From Candidatus Aminicenantes bacterium (GTDB taxonomy: Bacteria; Acidobacteriota; Aminicenantia; Aminicenantales; JAFGBC01): 64,000 nucleotides of DNA. The stretch lies in NCBI GenBank assembly GCA_963702005.1, contig OY969696.1, positions 4,160,001 through 4,224,000 on the forward strand, written 5' to 3'. The notes under the pieces were generated by a model. That model worked only from the letters and a program-made list of their open reading frames with translations. It was not told the DNA's origin and searched no databases. Each line of letters opens with the position of its first letter. Positions within the stretch are counted from its first letter, which is position 1. The position numbers were made by a program, and so were the translations under genes. This document shows positions 29,784-38,662 of this stretch, in pieces.

Positions 29784-31639
29784 CGCGTCCGCTCCTCGAT
29801 CGCGAGCGCGCGAAGGAGGGCCGGGCCGGGCCGGCCGTCCGCATCCCACTCGCGCACGCGGTAGTAATCGCGCCGCATCCTGTCCATGGCCTCCCGCGAG
29901 ACGGTCCGCTCCTGGCCGTCGATGACGACGGGGATCGAGGCGAAGCGCTCGGGCAGGGCGTCGTCGGCCGGCGTCAATCCCGCTTCGATGTTGAAGAGCC
30001 GCTCGAGGGCGGCCACCCGGTTTTCGACTTCCTCGAGCCGGGCCATTGAGAAGTCGAGGCCGGTCGCCCCGCTGGCCATCCGCGACCAGGGATCGGCCGC
30101 GAACGCGAACCCGGTGAAGCGGCACACCCCCAAGCTGTCCTGGAGGATGCCCAGGTTCTGCATGTTGCGGATGGCGATCGGCGACTGGAGGAGGCTGAAG
30201 CGGGGAATCTCCTTGGCCCCGCCGAAAAAGGCGAGCGAAACGGCGTAGCCGCCGCGCAGGTGGCAGGCGCCGGTCGGAGAGGTCATATAGCCAAGCGCTT
30301 GAGTGAGGGAGGCGCGGGGATCGTAGCCGGGGATTTCGAGCCCCTTGACGGACATCGAAAGCTCCGGGCGTCCGCAGGACGCCGCCAGCCGGCGCGATCC
30401 CTCGGCGAGCCGAGCCCCGATCCCCTCGCGGCGCGCCGTGAGCCGGGCCAGCGTCTCGAGCGAGGAGGCGCTCCCAAAGCGCAGGTCGAGTCCGCCGGCG
30501 TCCGCCGGCGTGAGGAGGCCTTTCTCGAAAAGCTCCATGGCGCAGGCGACCGTCCCGCCGAAGGAGATGGTATCCATGCCCAATTCGTTGCAGCGATAAT
30601 TGGCCCTGGTGATGGCGGGAAGGTCGTAGACGTCGCAGACCGGGCCCATCAGGACCGTCGTCTCGTACTCGGGGCCCTCGCCCTTCTCGTCGCAGGCTCC
30701 GCCCTCGCCGTCCCGGAGGCGGGTATGCCGCTGGCAGCCGATCGGACAGGCGTGACAGGCGCCGGGGCGCTCGAGCAGCGTCTTGGCGAGAGTCTCGCCC
30801 GAGATTCTCTCCAGGTCCTCCTCACGGTGGCTGCAGTCCAGGAAGTTCCGGTGGGGAAGCATCCGGATGAGGTCGATGAGCTCGACCAGGCCCAAGGTTC
30901 CCAGTTCGCGGAGGAGGCGTTTGGTGATGGGCGCCTGTTTCATGAGGTAGAAGGCCTGGTCCAACCCGGCCTGAAAGCGGTCCTTGTCCTTGATCGCGAT
31001 CTTGGCCTTGCCCCGTACCCGGACGGCTTTGAGGTTCTTGGAGCCCCAGACGGCGCCCGGGCCCGAGCGTCCGTAGGTCCGGTTCATGTCGTTGACGACG
31101 GCCGCGATCCGGACCAGGTTTTCGCCGGCCGGGCCGATGCAGAGGACCTTGGGGCGGAGGCCGGGCTCGGCGCCCTCGCTCAGCCTGTCGGTCGTCGCGT
31201 GGACGTCGAGGCCCCAGAGATGGGAGGCCGGGGCGATTTGACAGCCTTGGGGCGAGATGTCGAGCATAACCGGCCCGGAGGCGCGGCCCTTGACGACGAG
31301 GACGTCGTATCCGGTCGCTTTAAAGGCGCTGGCCCAGGTCCCTCCCGAGTTCGCGCTCCCGATGAACCCGGTCAGGGGCGATTTGAAGACCATGTGGCCG
31401 CGGCAGGAGGTCGGGGCGTTCGTCCCGACCAGCGGCGATGTCGCCAGGACGACGACGTTCTCCGGGCCGAGCGGGTCGCAGGCGGGATCGACGCCGTCGT
31501 AGAACAGGCGGGTGGCGAGGCCGCGGCCGCCCAGGTAGCGCTCGACGAGGGCGGGTTCGAGGGGGAGCGTCCGAGCCTCGCCACAGGAGAGATCGACCTC
31601 GAGGATCTTCCCGTGGAAGCCGAACGGATTTTCGCCCAT
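29780..31639 (-). CDS. Aldehyde:ferredoxin oxidoreductase (tungsten/molybdopterin AOR family)
   Basis: YLGGRG, KSPLTG, IGPAGENLV, GSKNLKA, CHACPIGC, EGPEYET, GMDTIS, GACH. Confidence 0.93.
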   Translation of the reverse strand: MGENPFGFHGKILEVDLSCGEARTLPLEPALVERYLGGRGLATRLFYDGVDPACDPLGPENVVVLATSPLVGTNAPTSCRGHMVFKSPLTGFIGSANSGGTWASAFKATGYDVLVVKGRASGPVMLDISPQGCQIAPASHLWGLDVHATTDRLSEGAEPGLRPKVLCIGPAGENLVRIAAVVNDMNRTYGRSGPGAVWGSKNLKAVRVRGKAKIAIKDKDRFQAGLDQAFYLMKQAPITKRLLRELGTLGLVELIDLIRMLPHRNFLDCSHREEDLERISGETLAKTLLERPGACHACPIGCQRHTRLRDGEGGACDEKGEGPEYETTVLMGPVCDVYDLPAITRANYRCNELGMDTISFGGTVACAMELFEKGLLTPADAGGLDLRFGSASSLETLARLTARREGIGARLAEGSRRLAASCGRPELSMSVKGLEIPGYDPRASLTQALGYMTSPTGACHLRGGYAVSLAFFGGAKEIPRFSLLQSPIAIRNMQNLGILQDSLGVCRFTGFAFAADPWSRMASGATGLDFSMARLEEVENRVAALERLFNIEAGLTPADDALPERFASIPVVIDGQERTVSREAMDRMRRDYYRVREWDADGRPGPALLRALAIEERTR

Positions 31640-31726
31640 TCCGATGTATTAATATATAGGATTAAGGAGGTGTCCGACAAGCTATCCGTTTCGCCGCCGC
31701 GGGACGAGCGAAGCGCGCGGATGAAT

Positions 31727-32803
31727 TCACTCGAGGCCGCGCTTGTGCTTATAGACGTCCTTCAAGTATGCCGCCACTCGCCTGCCAAAAGCCTTTTCGG
31801 CCTGGCGGCGCGCCCTGACATCTTGTTTCAAGGCCAGAAACCTCAACTCCCGGCGCAGCTTGAAATAGCTCTCCAGCCGACCGGCGTCGAGGGCTCCGGA
31901 CGCTACGGCCGCCCGCACCGCGCAGCCCGGCTCGTTGTCATGGCGGCAGTCGGCGAACCGGCAGCGAGCCGCCAGTTTTTCGATGTCGTCAAAGGACCGT
32001 CCTAGGCCGTCGTCGTCCGTCCAGAGCTGAAGCTCGCGCATCCCGGGCGTGTCGATGAGCAAAGCCCCGTTGGGAAGAGCGACGAGCTCGCGGGCCGTCG
32101 TCGTGTGCCTGCCCCGGCCGTCGCCATCGATGACGGGAGCGGTCCGAAGACGCTCCTCTCCGAGGAGGCGGTTGATCAGCGTCGACTTTCCCACGCCCGA
32201 AGATCCCAGGAGGGCCACCGTCTTCCGGGGGATAAGGTAAGGTTGAAGGGACTCCAAACGGCCACCGGCAACGGCGCTCGTCGCGACGACCGGCGTCCCG
32301 GGCGCGATCTTTTCCACTTCGAGGACGACGTCCTCCAGGTCGCCCCGCAGGTCGGCTTTGTTGAGCACGACGACCGGCGAGGCTCCGCTGTCCCAAGCGG
32401 TCGTCAGATAGCGCTCGATGCGGCGCGGGCTGAAGTCGCCGTCGAGCCCGCTGACGAGAAACACGGTGTCGATGTTGGCCGCCACAACCTGGGCCTCGAC
32501 GACATCCCCGGCGACCTTGCGTCGGAAGGCGCTGCGTCGCGGGAGGACGCCATGGATAAGCGCCGGACCGGCGACTCCCGGTTCCGCGACGACCCAATCG
32601 CCGACAACGGGGTAATCGGCACGGCCGGCCGCGAGATGACGGAACCGTCCCGAGACATCGCCCGCCCATTCTCCCCCTGGGACGGCTAATATGGATCGGT
32701 TCCGATGCTGCTTCACGACGCGGGCCGGGACAAGGCCCAGCTCGGCGTGGGGCGCGAATTGCGCCGCAAAATAGTCATCCCATCCGAAATCTATTAAATC
32801 CAT
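31727..32803 (-). CDS. rsgA: Ribosome small subunit-dependent GTPase A
   Basis: VGDWV, NKAD, GSSGVGKST, GRHTTT, DTPGMRE, CRFADCRHDNEPGC zinc site. Confidence 0.93.
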   Translation of the reverse strand: MDLIDFGWDDYFAAQFAPHAELGLVPARVVKQHRNRSILAVPGGEWAGDVSGRFRHLAAGRADYPVVGDWVVAEPGVAGPALIHGVLPRRSAFRRKVAGDVVEAQVVAANIDTVFLVSGLDGDFSPRRIERYLTTAWDSGASPVVVLNKADLRGDLEDVVLEVEKIAPGTPVVATSAVAGGRLESLQPYLIPRKTVALLGSSGVGKSTLINRLLGEERLRTAPVIDGDGRGRHTTTARELVALPNGALLIDTPGMRELQLWTDDDGLGRSFDDIEKLAARCRFADCRHDNEPGCAVRAAVASGALDAGRLESYFKLRRELRFLALKQDVRARRQAEKAFGRRVAAYLKDVYKHKRGLE

Positions 32804-32823
32804 CGCCTCATAATCTCCGTCAT

Positions 32824-32966
32824 GTCACCCGTTCGCCGACGCGAAGCCCCCCCTTTCAAAGCGGGGATGAGAAGCGAGGCTCAGGGTTAACCCTGACCAA
32901 GCCCCGCCTTTGCAGTACCCATGGCTTCCATGGGTGCCGGCCTTCAGGCCGGGGAGTCGAGGGTTT
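32824..32966 (-). repeat. About 140-bp multi-hairpin intergenic element (MITE/REP-like), copy A
   Basis: Reverse complement aligns along its whole length with 41218-41361 and with the scaffold of 54371-54578. Confidence 0.88.
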
Positions 32967-33139
32967 GACTCGATTCTCCCGGGCCGTTGGGATAGGCAAG
33001 CGCCGAATTCCGCGCGACCGGGATAAAGATCGGAAGAGTGGATTCGATCCCGAGGAGGGACGTCGCTGCCGATGGATTAAAGCCTAGCCGCCGTGGACTT
33101 CAGATTCGAGGGCCGATGCGCCGGCATCGACCGGTATTG

Positions 33140-33168
33140 AGTATACCGGCTCCGGCCTACGTTGGCAA
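33140..33168 (-). promoter_or_regulatory. Sigma70-type promoter upstream of rsgA
   Basis: TTGCCA-N17-TATACT on the minus strand. Confidence 0.55.
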
Positions 33169-33192
33169 GGATTTTTCAGGATGTCGACCGGG

Positions 33193-33471
33193 TCAACCGC
33201 CGATGAGGAAGGGGAGGATGGCAACAGAGTCGCCCGCGGCAAGAGGCGTAGCGAGCCCCTGCAGCGATAGGACATTCATGCCGCCCTTCATCACTATAAC
33301 CTGGGGGTTGAGGGTCCCGTCCGGCTTAAAAATTTCCTTGCGGCGTTCGGGAGTATCGCAGAGCGCCTCGAGCAGGTCCGCGATCCGCGCAGGCTCGGCG
33401 AGTTCGACGTCTTTTTCTTTCGCGCCAAAAAGCGGTTTCAGCTGGGCCAGAAACCGGACGCGAACCGTCAT
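33193..33471 (-). CDS. moaD: MoaD/ThiS-family sulfur carrier
   Basis: MTVRVRFLA start, ubiquitin-like size of 92 aa, C-terminal GG; ATGA overlap with the upstream gene. Confidence 0.88.
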   Translation of the reverse strand: MTVRVRFLAQLKPLFGAKEKDVELAEPARIADLLEALCDTPERRKEIFKPDGTLNPQVIVMKGGMNVLSLQGLATPLAAGDSVAILPFLIGG

Positions 33472-34235
33472 TTCGACCTCCCCGCCCCCTCCGCTCCCCT
33501 GCCGCCGCAGACCGGACAATTCGGGTTCCGCTTGACCTCGACTTCGTCCCAGGAGGCCAGACGGCCGTCCCAAAACAGGAGCCGTCCCGCCGCCAGGGTC
33601 TCGATCCCAGCCAGCAACTTGACGACTTCCCCGGCCTGGATGGAACCGACAACGCCGCAGGTAACCCCGAGGATCGGGAAACCGGACCGGGCCGGGACCG
33701 GGGGGAAAACGCATTTGAGGCAGGCCGTCTTTCCCGGAAGGACGGTCATGACCTGGCCGCTCATGTCGATGACGGCGCCGTGGACGAGCGGAATCCCGCG
33801 CCCGACCGCCGCCTCGTTGAGGACGAAGCGCGTCTCGAAATTGTCCAGGGCGTCCACGGCCGCGTCGCACCCTTCCAGAAGACCCGAGGCGTTCGCGGGC
33901 TCGATCCGCCCCCGAACGGCCTCGATCCGGACGTAAGGATTCATGTTCCGGACCCGGAGCCCGGCGCGGACCGCCTTGGGCTTCCCCTCGTCGAGCTCCG
34001 TGTACAGAACCTGGCGGTTGAGGTTGTCCAGCTTGACGATATCCTGGTCGTAGACGCGAATGGTCCCGACGCCGGCGGCCGCCAAGTAAGTCAGGATCGA
34101 AGAACCCAACCCGCCCGCGCCCGCCACGAATACGGTCGCGGCCTTGAGCCGTTCCTGGCCGCCGGGCCCGAGGACTTCGTCCTGGCGCCGGTAGCGCTCC
34201 CGTTCTTTCGCCCGAAACTCGACCTTGTCTTTCAT
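33468..34235 (-). CDS. moeB: MoeB/ThiF adenylyltransferase
   Basis: ERYRRQ, GAGGLGS, NLNRQ, DNFETR, CLKC and CPVC zinc motifs. Confidence 0.9.
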   Translation of the reverse strand: MKDKVEFRAKERERYRRQDEVLGPGGQERLKAATVFVAGAGGLGSSILTYLAAAGVGTIRVYDQDIVKLDNLNRQVLYTELDEGKPKAVRAGLRVRNMNPYVRIEAVRGRIEPANASGLLEGCDAAVDALDNFETRFVLNEAAVGRGIPLVHGAVIDMSGQVMTVLPGKTACLKCVFPPVPARSGFPILGVTCGVVGSIQAGEVVKLLAGIETLAAGRLLFWDGRLASWDEVEVKRNPNCPVCGGRGAEGAGRSK

Positions 34236-34753
34236 CGGGATATCTCCGCGAGGATACGCTTTTCGAAATCCGCTGCATCGAAACGGACGACTAGGGGCCG
34301 CTTTTGCAGCCGTCCCAGGAGATCCTCAAGAATGGACTCTCGCACCACGAGGAGTACACGCCGGCCCGGCTCCTCCAGCGAGGGTTCGAGCTCCGGCCAG
34401 ACGCCCTTTCCTTCGAGCTCGGCCGGCCCGACTTCGTCCACGACGAGAAAATCCCCGGGCCCGCTCTTCTTTACGATTTCGCGAGCCCGCTCCAATCCCG
34501 CCGGGACGAACCTGAAGGAGCCGACGTCCAAGCCTCGTCGCTTCTTTTCGCCGTCCGATTTCCTTCTTAACAAAGGCGCGGCCTCGCCCGTCCCGATGAC
34601 CTCGAGATCATAGCCGGTGATCCCTTCTCCGTTCCTGACACTCGGGCTCAAGTATCCGGATAAAGGCACGTGCATCGCGGCCAGTGTTTCAACAAGCGCC
34701 CGGACCCGAGTCGTCTTCCCGGCGTGCAGCGGCCCCTCAATTATTATTACCAA
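34232..34753 (-). CDS. NTPase_1/DUF2478-like P-loop NTPase
   Basis: GPLHAGKT Walker A, VVDEVGPAELEGKG Walker B; coupled to moeB. Confidence 0.82.
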   Translation of the reverse strand: MVIIIEGPLHAGKTTRVRALVETLAAMHVPLSGYLSPSVRNGEGITGYDLEVIGTGEAAPLLRRKSDGEKKRRGLDVGSFRFVPAGLERAREIVKKSGPGDFLVVDEVGPAELEGKGVWPELEPSLEEPGRRVLLVVRESILEDLLGRLQKRPLVVRFDAADFEKRILAEISR

Positions 34754-34815
34754 TCTACTATCGCTTTGTATCCTTCAAATGCAGGCAACTTAGATTCAAG
34801 GTCGGCGAGGAACCA

Positions 34816-34848
34816 GGCCACGAAGAGGGTCGTCTGAGGGCCGGAGCG
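34816..34848. repeat. 33-bp dispersed intergenic repeat, copy 1
   Basis: GGCCACGAAGAGGGTCGTCTGAGGGCCGGAGCG; 30/33 identical to 56391-56423. Confidence 0.7.
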
Positions 34849-34881
34849 GGCACGGTCCGCCGAGCCTCATGGCCCGAGTCC

Positions 34882-37026
34882 CTAGCGGACGACGATCTGG
34901 GCGTCCTGGGTCTCGAAGTTGATCGGCTTCCCGGTGGGCGAACTGGCCGTGACCCCCGTTACCGAGACGACCGCCTCTCCCGGCCCGAGCGCCTCGAAGA
35001 CGAGAACGGCCAAGTTGCCGGCCCCGCGGACGCCCCGCGCCGGATCGGGGCTCGAGAAGCCCAGCGTGCAGGTGCCCGATCCGTTGTCGAAGTTCGAAAG
35101 GAAAGGCGTCTTCTCTCCGAGCTGTGTTGTCAGCCCGCCCTGCTCGATGCTTTTAATCGTCACGACGCTCGAGTCGTAGCCGATGTTTACGGCCAAGGTT
35201 CCGATATCCTTCTCGGCCATGACGTTGACGCTGATCCGAAACTCCCGTTTTTGGGGAACCTCGAAGTTCGGGGGGTTGAGGAAGATCTGGTTCTGGCCCG
35301 CTTGGGCCTCCTCGGCCGCCGGGGGGGCCCCCGGCTCGCGCGGCCGCTCCGGCATCTGCCCCTGCGCATACTCCTCGGGCGCGACCTCGCCCTCGCCGCC
35401 GCCCAACCCTTCGAGCTCGACCCAGAGGGGCTTTTTATCCTCGTCGCCGATCGGGATGGCCCGGATGATATGGGGTGTGATGGTCAGGATGACGTCCGTC
35501 TGTTCGATGTTCTTTTGCGCGCTCCCGAACAAGCGGCCTAAAACCGGTATCCTGACCAGGTAGGGAATCCCCTTGAGGGATGTCCTCTCCTCGTCCCGGA
35601 GCAGCCCGGCCAGCAGGTTCGACTCGCCGTCCTTGAGGCGGAGGGTGTTCTTGACCTCGCGCGTGTTGATGATCGGGATGTCGGCGTAGCCCGTCCCGGC
35701 CAGCGAGGTGATCTTGAGGTCGATCTCGAGGGTGACCTCTTTCTCCCGGTGGACATGGGGCTTGACCTTGATGTCGATCCCGACGTCCTGGTAATCGTAA
35801 TTCGTCAGGGGCTGGGAGCTGACGCCGCCGGCCGCGATCGGCTGGAAGGTCGTCTTGATGATCGGGACCTTCTGGCCGACAACACACTTCATCTCCTCCT
35901 CGGCGATGCCGCGCATCCGAGGCTGGGCGATGACCTTCGTGTCGGCGTCCGTCTCCAGGAAATGGAGGAGGGCCGAGGGCATGCTGATGTCGAGGTTCGC
36001 CCCGGCCAGCGGCTTAAAATTCTGGAGCTTCGAGTAGTTGACGCTTTCGGCGGAGGCGTCTCCCTCATTATAGCGGACGCTGCCGTACCCCTGGGAGAGC
36101 TCGATCCCCAGCTTGGTGAGGTAAACCCGGGAGACCTCGAGGACCTCGAGGTCGACCAGGACCTCGGGCCTGGCCTTGTCCCAGAGGCGGATGAGCTTTT
36201 CGGCGAGCTGGATGACGGCCGGCGTATCCCTGATGGTCAAAGAGTTGAGGGTTTTATCGGCGATGATGTTGGGCGTCTTGTAGCTTGAGCGGAGCATGGC
36301 CAGCAGGTTGTTCTGGACGTCCTGGGCCAGGACGTTGGAGAGGTAGAAGATCTTGATAGCGTTCTCTTCGTACTGAAGCCTCTTCATCGGGTTGTCGGGA
36401 ACCACGATCAAGGTCCGGGCGTCGATGACGCGGTAAAAGTTGCGCGACGCCGTGCAGAGGAAATTCACGGCCTCCTCGAAGGTCCGGCCGCTCAAATCGA
36501 CCGTTAAGGGCGTGTCCTTGTACTGTTCGTCATAGACGACGCTGATGCCGGCCTGCTTGCCCAGGGCTTGGAAAATGTCCTTGAGCTGGGCCTCGCTGAA
36601 CTTGAGGATGAGTTTTTCGGGGCCGGCCGCGAGCTTGACGGGAGGCTCCCAGATTTCCGCCTCCGATGGCGGAGCCTTGGTCGGCTCGGCCGTCAGGTCC
36701 CGGAGCTCGCCGGCGATGATGCTGCTGGAAGGATCGAAGGCGAGGGCTTTTTTGTAGGCTTCCACCGCCTCGGCCTTCTTGCCCTGGGCGGCCAGCGCCC
36801 TCCCCGCCTGGAGATGAAACATGGAAGCCTGGATCTTGGCCCTGGCCAGGGCAACACGATAGACCGGTTCCTTGGGATTCTCGAGGGTAGCCCGTTCATA
36901 ATGGGCGATGGCCTCGTCCCAGTCCTTGATAAGCTCGGCCTGGACTCCCAGCCGATAGCTCGACGTCAGAGTCGCGCACCCCCAGAGTCCGAGGAGGACG
37001 ATCGTCACAAGCACCGCTTTTCTCAT
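34882..37026 (-). CDS. Secretin (GspD/PilQ family) lipoprotein with N-terminal TPR and C-terminal cohesin-like domain
   Basis: Lipobox LWGC, TPR, N domains, YQDVGIDIKVKP, IPVLGRLF, ITPHII; C-terminal beta-sandwich. Confidence 0.9.
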   Translation of the reverse strand: MRKAVLVTIVLLGLWGCATLTSSYRLGVQAELIKDWDEAIAHYERATLENPKEPVYRVALARAKIQASMFHLQAGRALAAQGKKAEAVEAYKKALAFDPSSSIIAGELRDLTAEPTKAPPSEAEIWEPPVKLAAGPEKLILKFSEAQLKDIFQALGKQAGISVVYDEQYKDTPLTVDLSGRTFEEAVNFLCTASRNFYRVIDARTLIVVPDNPMKRLQYEENAIKIFYLSNVLAQDVQNNLLAMLRSSYKTPNIIADKTLNSLTIRDTPAVIQLAEKLIRLWDKARPEVLVDLEVLEVSRVYLTKLGIELSQGYGSVRYNEGDASAESVNYSKLQNFKPLAGANLDISMPSALLHFLETDADTKVIAQPRMRGIAEEEMKCVVGQKVPIIKTTFQPIAAGGVSSQPLTNYDYQDVGIDIKVKPHVHREKEVTLEIDLKITSLAGTGYADIPIINTREVKNTLRLKDGESNLLAGLLRDEERTSLKGIPYLVRIPVLGRLFGSAQKNIEQTDVILTITPHIIRAIPIGDEDKKPLWVELEGLGGGEGEVAPEEYAQGQMPERPREPGAPPAAEEAQAGQNQIFLNPPNFEVPQKREFRISVNVMAEKDIGTLAVNIGYDSSVVTIKSIEQGGLTTQLGEKTPFLSNFDNGSGTCTLGFSSPDPARGVRGAGNLAVLVFEALGPGEAVVSVTGVTASSPTGKPINFETQDAQIVVR

Positions 37027-37556
37027 TCCTCATCTCCTTCCAGGGGAAACGTCATCTTCACTCCATCGGGCCCGGTGAGCTCGATACTCTTCGGGGTGAT
37101 CGAGCCGACCTTGTACCAATCGGCAACGATGTCCCCGGTTTGGACGGCCAGGGCTTGCCCCTGGACGAGAGCCAAACCGATGATGGACTTCGGGGACTGT
37201 ACGAACCCGATGTATCTCAGGCTCAGCGAAGGGAGGGCCTCGTTCGCGTTCGCCGGCGTTTTTCCGCTCCGCGTCCCCGGATTCGCCCGGCCGGGCGCAC
37301 CGGAGGCCGGGATCTTCCCCGGTCCGGCCGGGATGGAGGCGACGTCCTCGCCTTCGTCTTCGGCGCTGGGGGAGAAGATGCTGCGTTTGGGCGGCACGAG
37401 CTCTTTGGCCGCCCTGAACAGGAGGTCCATGCAGACGAAGCTTTTAGGCCGGACTTCCGCGCTTTGGGTGACCGGCGGCTTATCCTGGCCGACAACGATC
37501 GCCAGGGCCGCGGCCGCCGACGCCAACAGGATCACTCCGAGCTTAGCTGCGCGCAT
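37023..37556 (-). CDS. PilP/GspC-like pilus or secretion accessory protein
   Basis: Position in operon, N-terminal hydrophobic segment, LRYIGFV...GDIV..YKVGSI beta domain. Confidence 0.65.
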   Translation of the reverse strand: MRAAKLGVILLASAAAALAIVVGQDKPPVTQSAEVRPKSFVCMDLLFRAAKELVPPKRSIFSPSAEDEGEDVASIPAGPGKIPASGAPGRANPGTRSGKTPANANEALPSLSLRYIGFVQSPKSIIGLALVQGQALAVQTGDIVADWYKVGSITPKSIELTGPDGVKMTFPLEGDEE

Positions 37557-38109
37557 AATACCCCGTCAACGTAATGGAGAGCGCCAAAGTCTGCCCCTTG
37601 TCGGGGGTCTTCAAGAAATCGAGCCGCTCCAGGAAAATCAACTTGGGGAACCGCTCCAGGTCGTCGAGGAACCGCTTGAGCATGAAATAGGAACAAGAAC
37701 AAGTAAAAACGACGCTGACCCGCTGAGCCTTCTCGCCGCGGACCTCTTCGTAGTTATAGGTGAACTCGGAAGGCTCGATGGCCGCCCCGCCCAGGATCTG
37801 GCGGAGGTCGGTATAGAAAGGCACTATCCCGTCCGCCTCCTGGTAGAACCAGTCGGCCCGGACCTCCTTCAAGTCGCGGAGGCCCTGCTGCCACATGAGC
37901 CAGTCCGTCTTTTTCTTTTCCCGCTCGGCGTCGACCTTCCGGTAGGCTTCCTGCCGCTTGGCGAGCTCCCGCTCGGTCCGGGCCAGGCCCGGCTTTTCGA
38001 CGACGCCGAGATAGAAAAGATAGACGAGGGCGGCCGCGAGGAGGACGCCCAGGACGGAAAGAATCCTCTTCTCCCGCCCGCTAACGAACACGCTATTTCC
38101 GCCGTTCAT
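37543..38109 (-). CDS. pilO: PilO/GspM-like protein
   Basis: REKRIL + TM + coiled coil + SYFMLKRFLDDLE ferredoxin-like segment. Confidence 0.75.
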   Translation of the reverse strand: MNGGNSVFVSGREKRILSVLGVLLAAALVYLFYLGVVEKPGLARTERELAKRQEAYRKVDAEREKKKTDWLMWQQGLRDLKEVRADWFYQEADGIVPFYTDLRQILGGAAIEPSEFTYNYEEVRGEKAQRVSVVFTCSCSYFMLKRFLDDLERFPKLIFLERLDFLKTPDKGQTLALSITLTGYYARS

Positions 38110-38662
38110 AGCCCACCACGATGTCGGAGACGAGAGCTCCGCCGTCGCCCCGCGCCTGACTCATGACGCGGATCTGGCCGAAGCTCAGCTTCTCCAGCTC
38201 CTTGATGAAGCGGACGAGCTCGTTGACGTCCGTCGAAGCGACTTTGAGCCTGATCTCTATGAAGGCCTTCTCGGTCGAAAGCGGGGAGAAGGACAGGATG
38301 TAGCTCGGCCCGGGCAAGGCATCCTCGAGGAGCGTCAGCAAGTTCACCCAAGAGAAGGCTTTCCGCTCGATCACCGCGTTGATGCGGTCGATGTCGGGCT
38401 TGGCAGTCTGGACGTATTTGGCGTTATCCTGGTCGTATTTGTGGATATCGGCCTTGGCCTCGGTATCGAGCCGCCCGAGCCGGGCGAGCTCGGCCCGCGC
38501 CTCGCCGATCCGCCCATGGACTCGGGCGAAGAGCCCCCCGCCGGCCGCAACCGCGAGCAGGATCCCGGCCGCGAGAAGCGCGAAGGCCAGTGTGAACAGG
38601 CGCTTGTTCCGAACGGGCTCGCTGGCCAGGTTCATACGCACGCCCCGCCTGCTCATCATCAT
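38093..38662 (-). CDS. pilN: PilN-like protein
   Basis: MNLASEP, TM, coiled coil, SWVNLLTLLEDALP; start overlaps the pilM stop. Confidence 0.75.
   Translation of the reverse strand: MMMSRRGVRMNLASEPVRNKRLFTLAFALLAAGILLAVAAGGGLFARVHGRIGEARAELARLGRLDTEAKADIHKYDQDNAKYVQTAKPDIDRINAVIERKAFSWVNLLTLLEDALPGPSYILSFSPLSTEKAFIEIRLKVASTDVNELVRFIKELEKLSFGQIRVMSQARGDGGALVSDIVVGYERRK

Noticed and set aside
29784-30125. N-terminal 114 aa of ORF 28461..30125
   Set aside because: Overlaps the AOR C-terminus in another frame; the aldolase starts at 29783.
33183-33196. GTCGACCGGGTCAA at the moaD stop resembling the repeat element terminus
   Set aside because: Only a short match and the rest of the scaffold is absent; may be chance.
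25799-34753. Selenocysteine read-through at TGA stops in the redox cluster
   Set aside because: The TGA stops coincide with normal protein ends and mostly with ATGA-type gene overlaps; no truncated Cys motif was seen.
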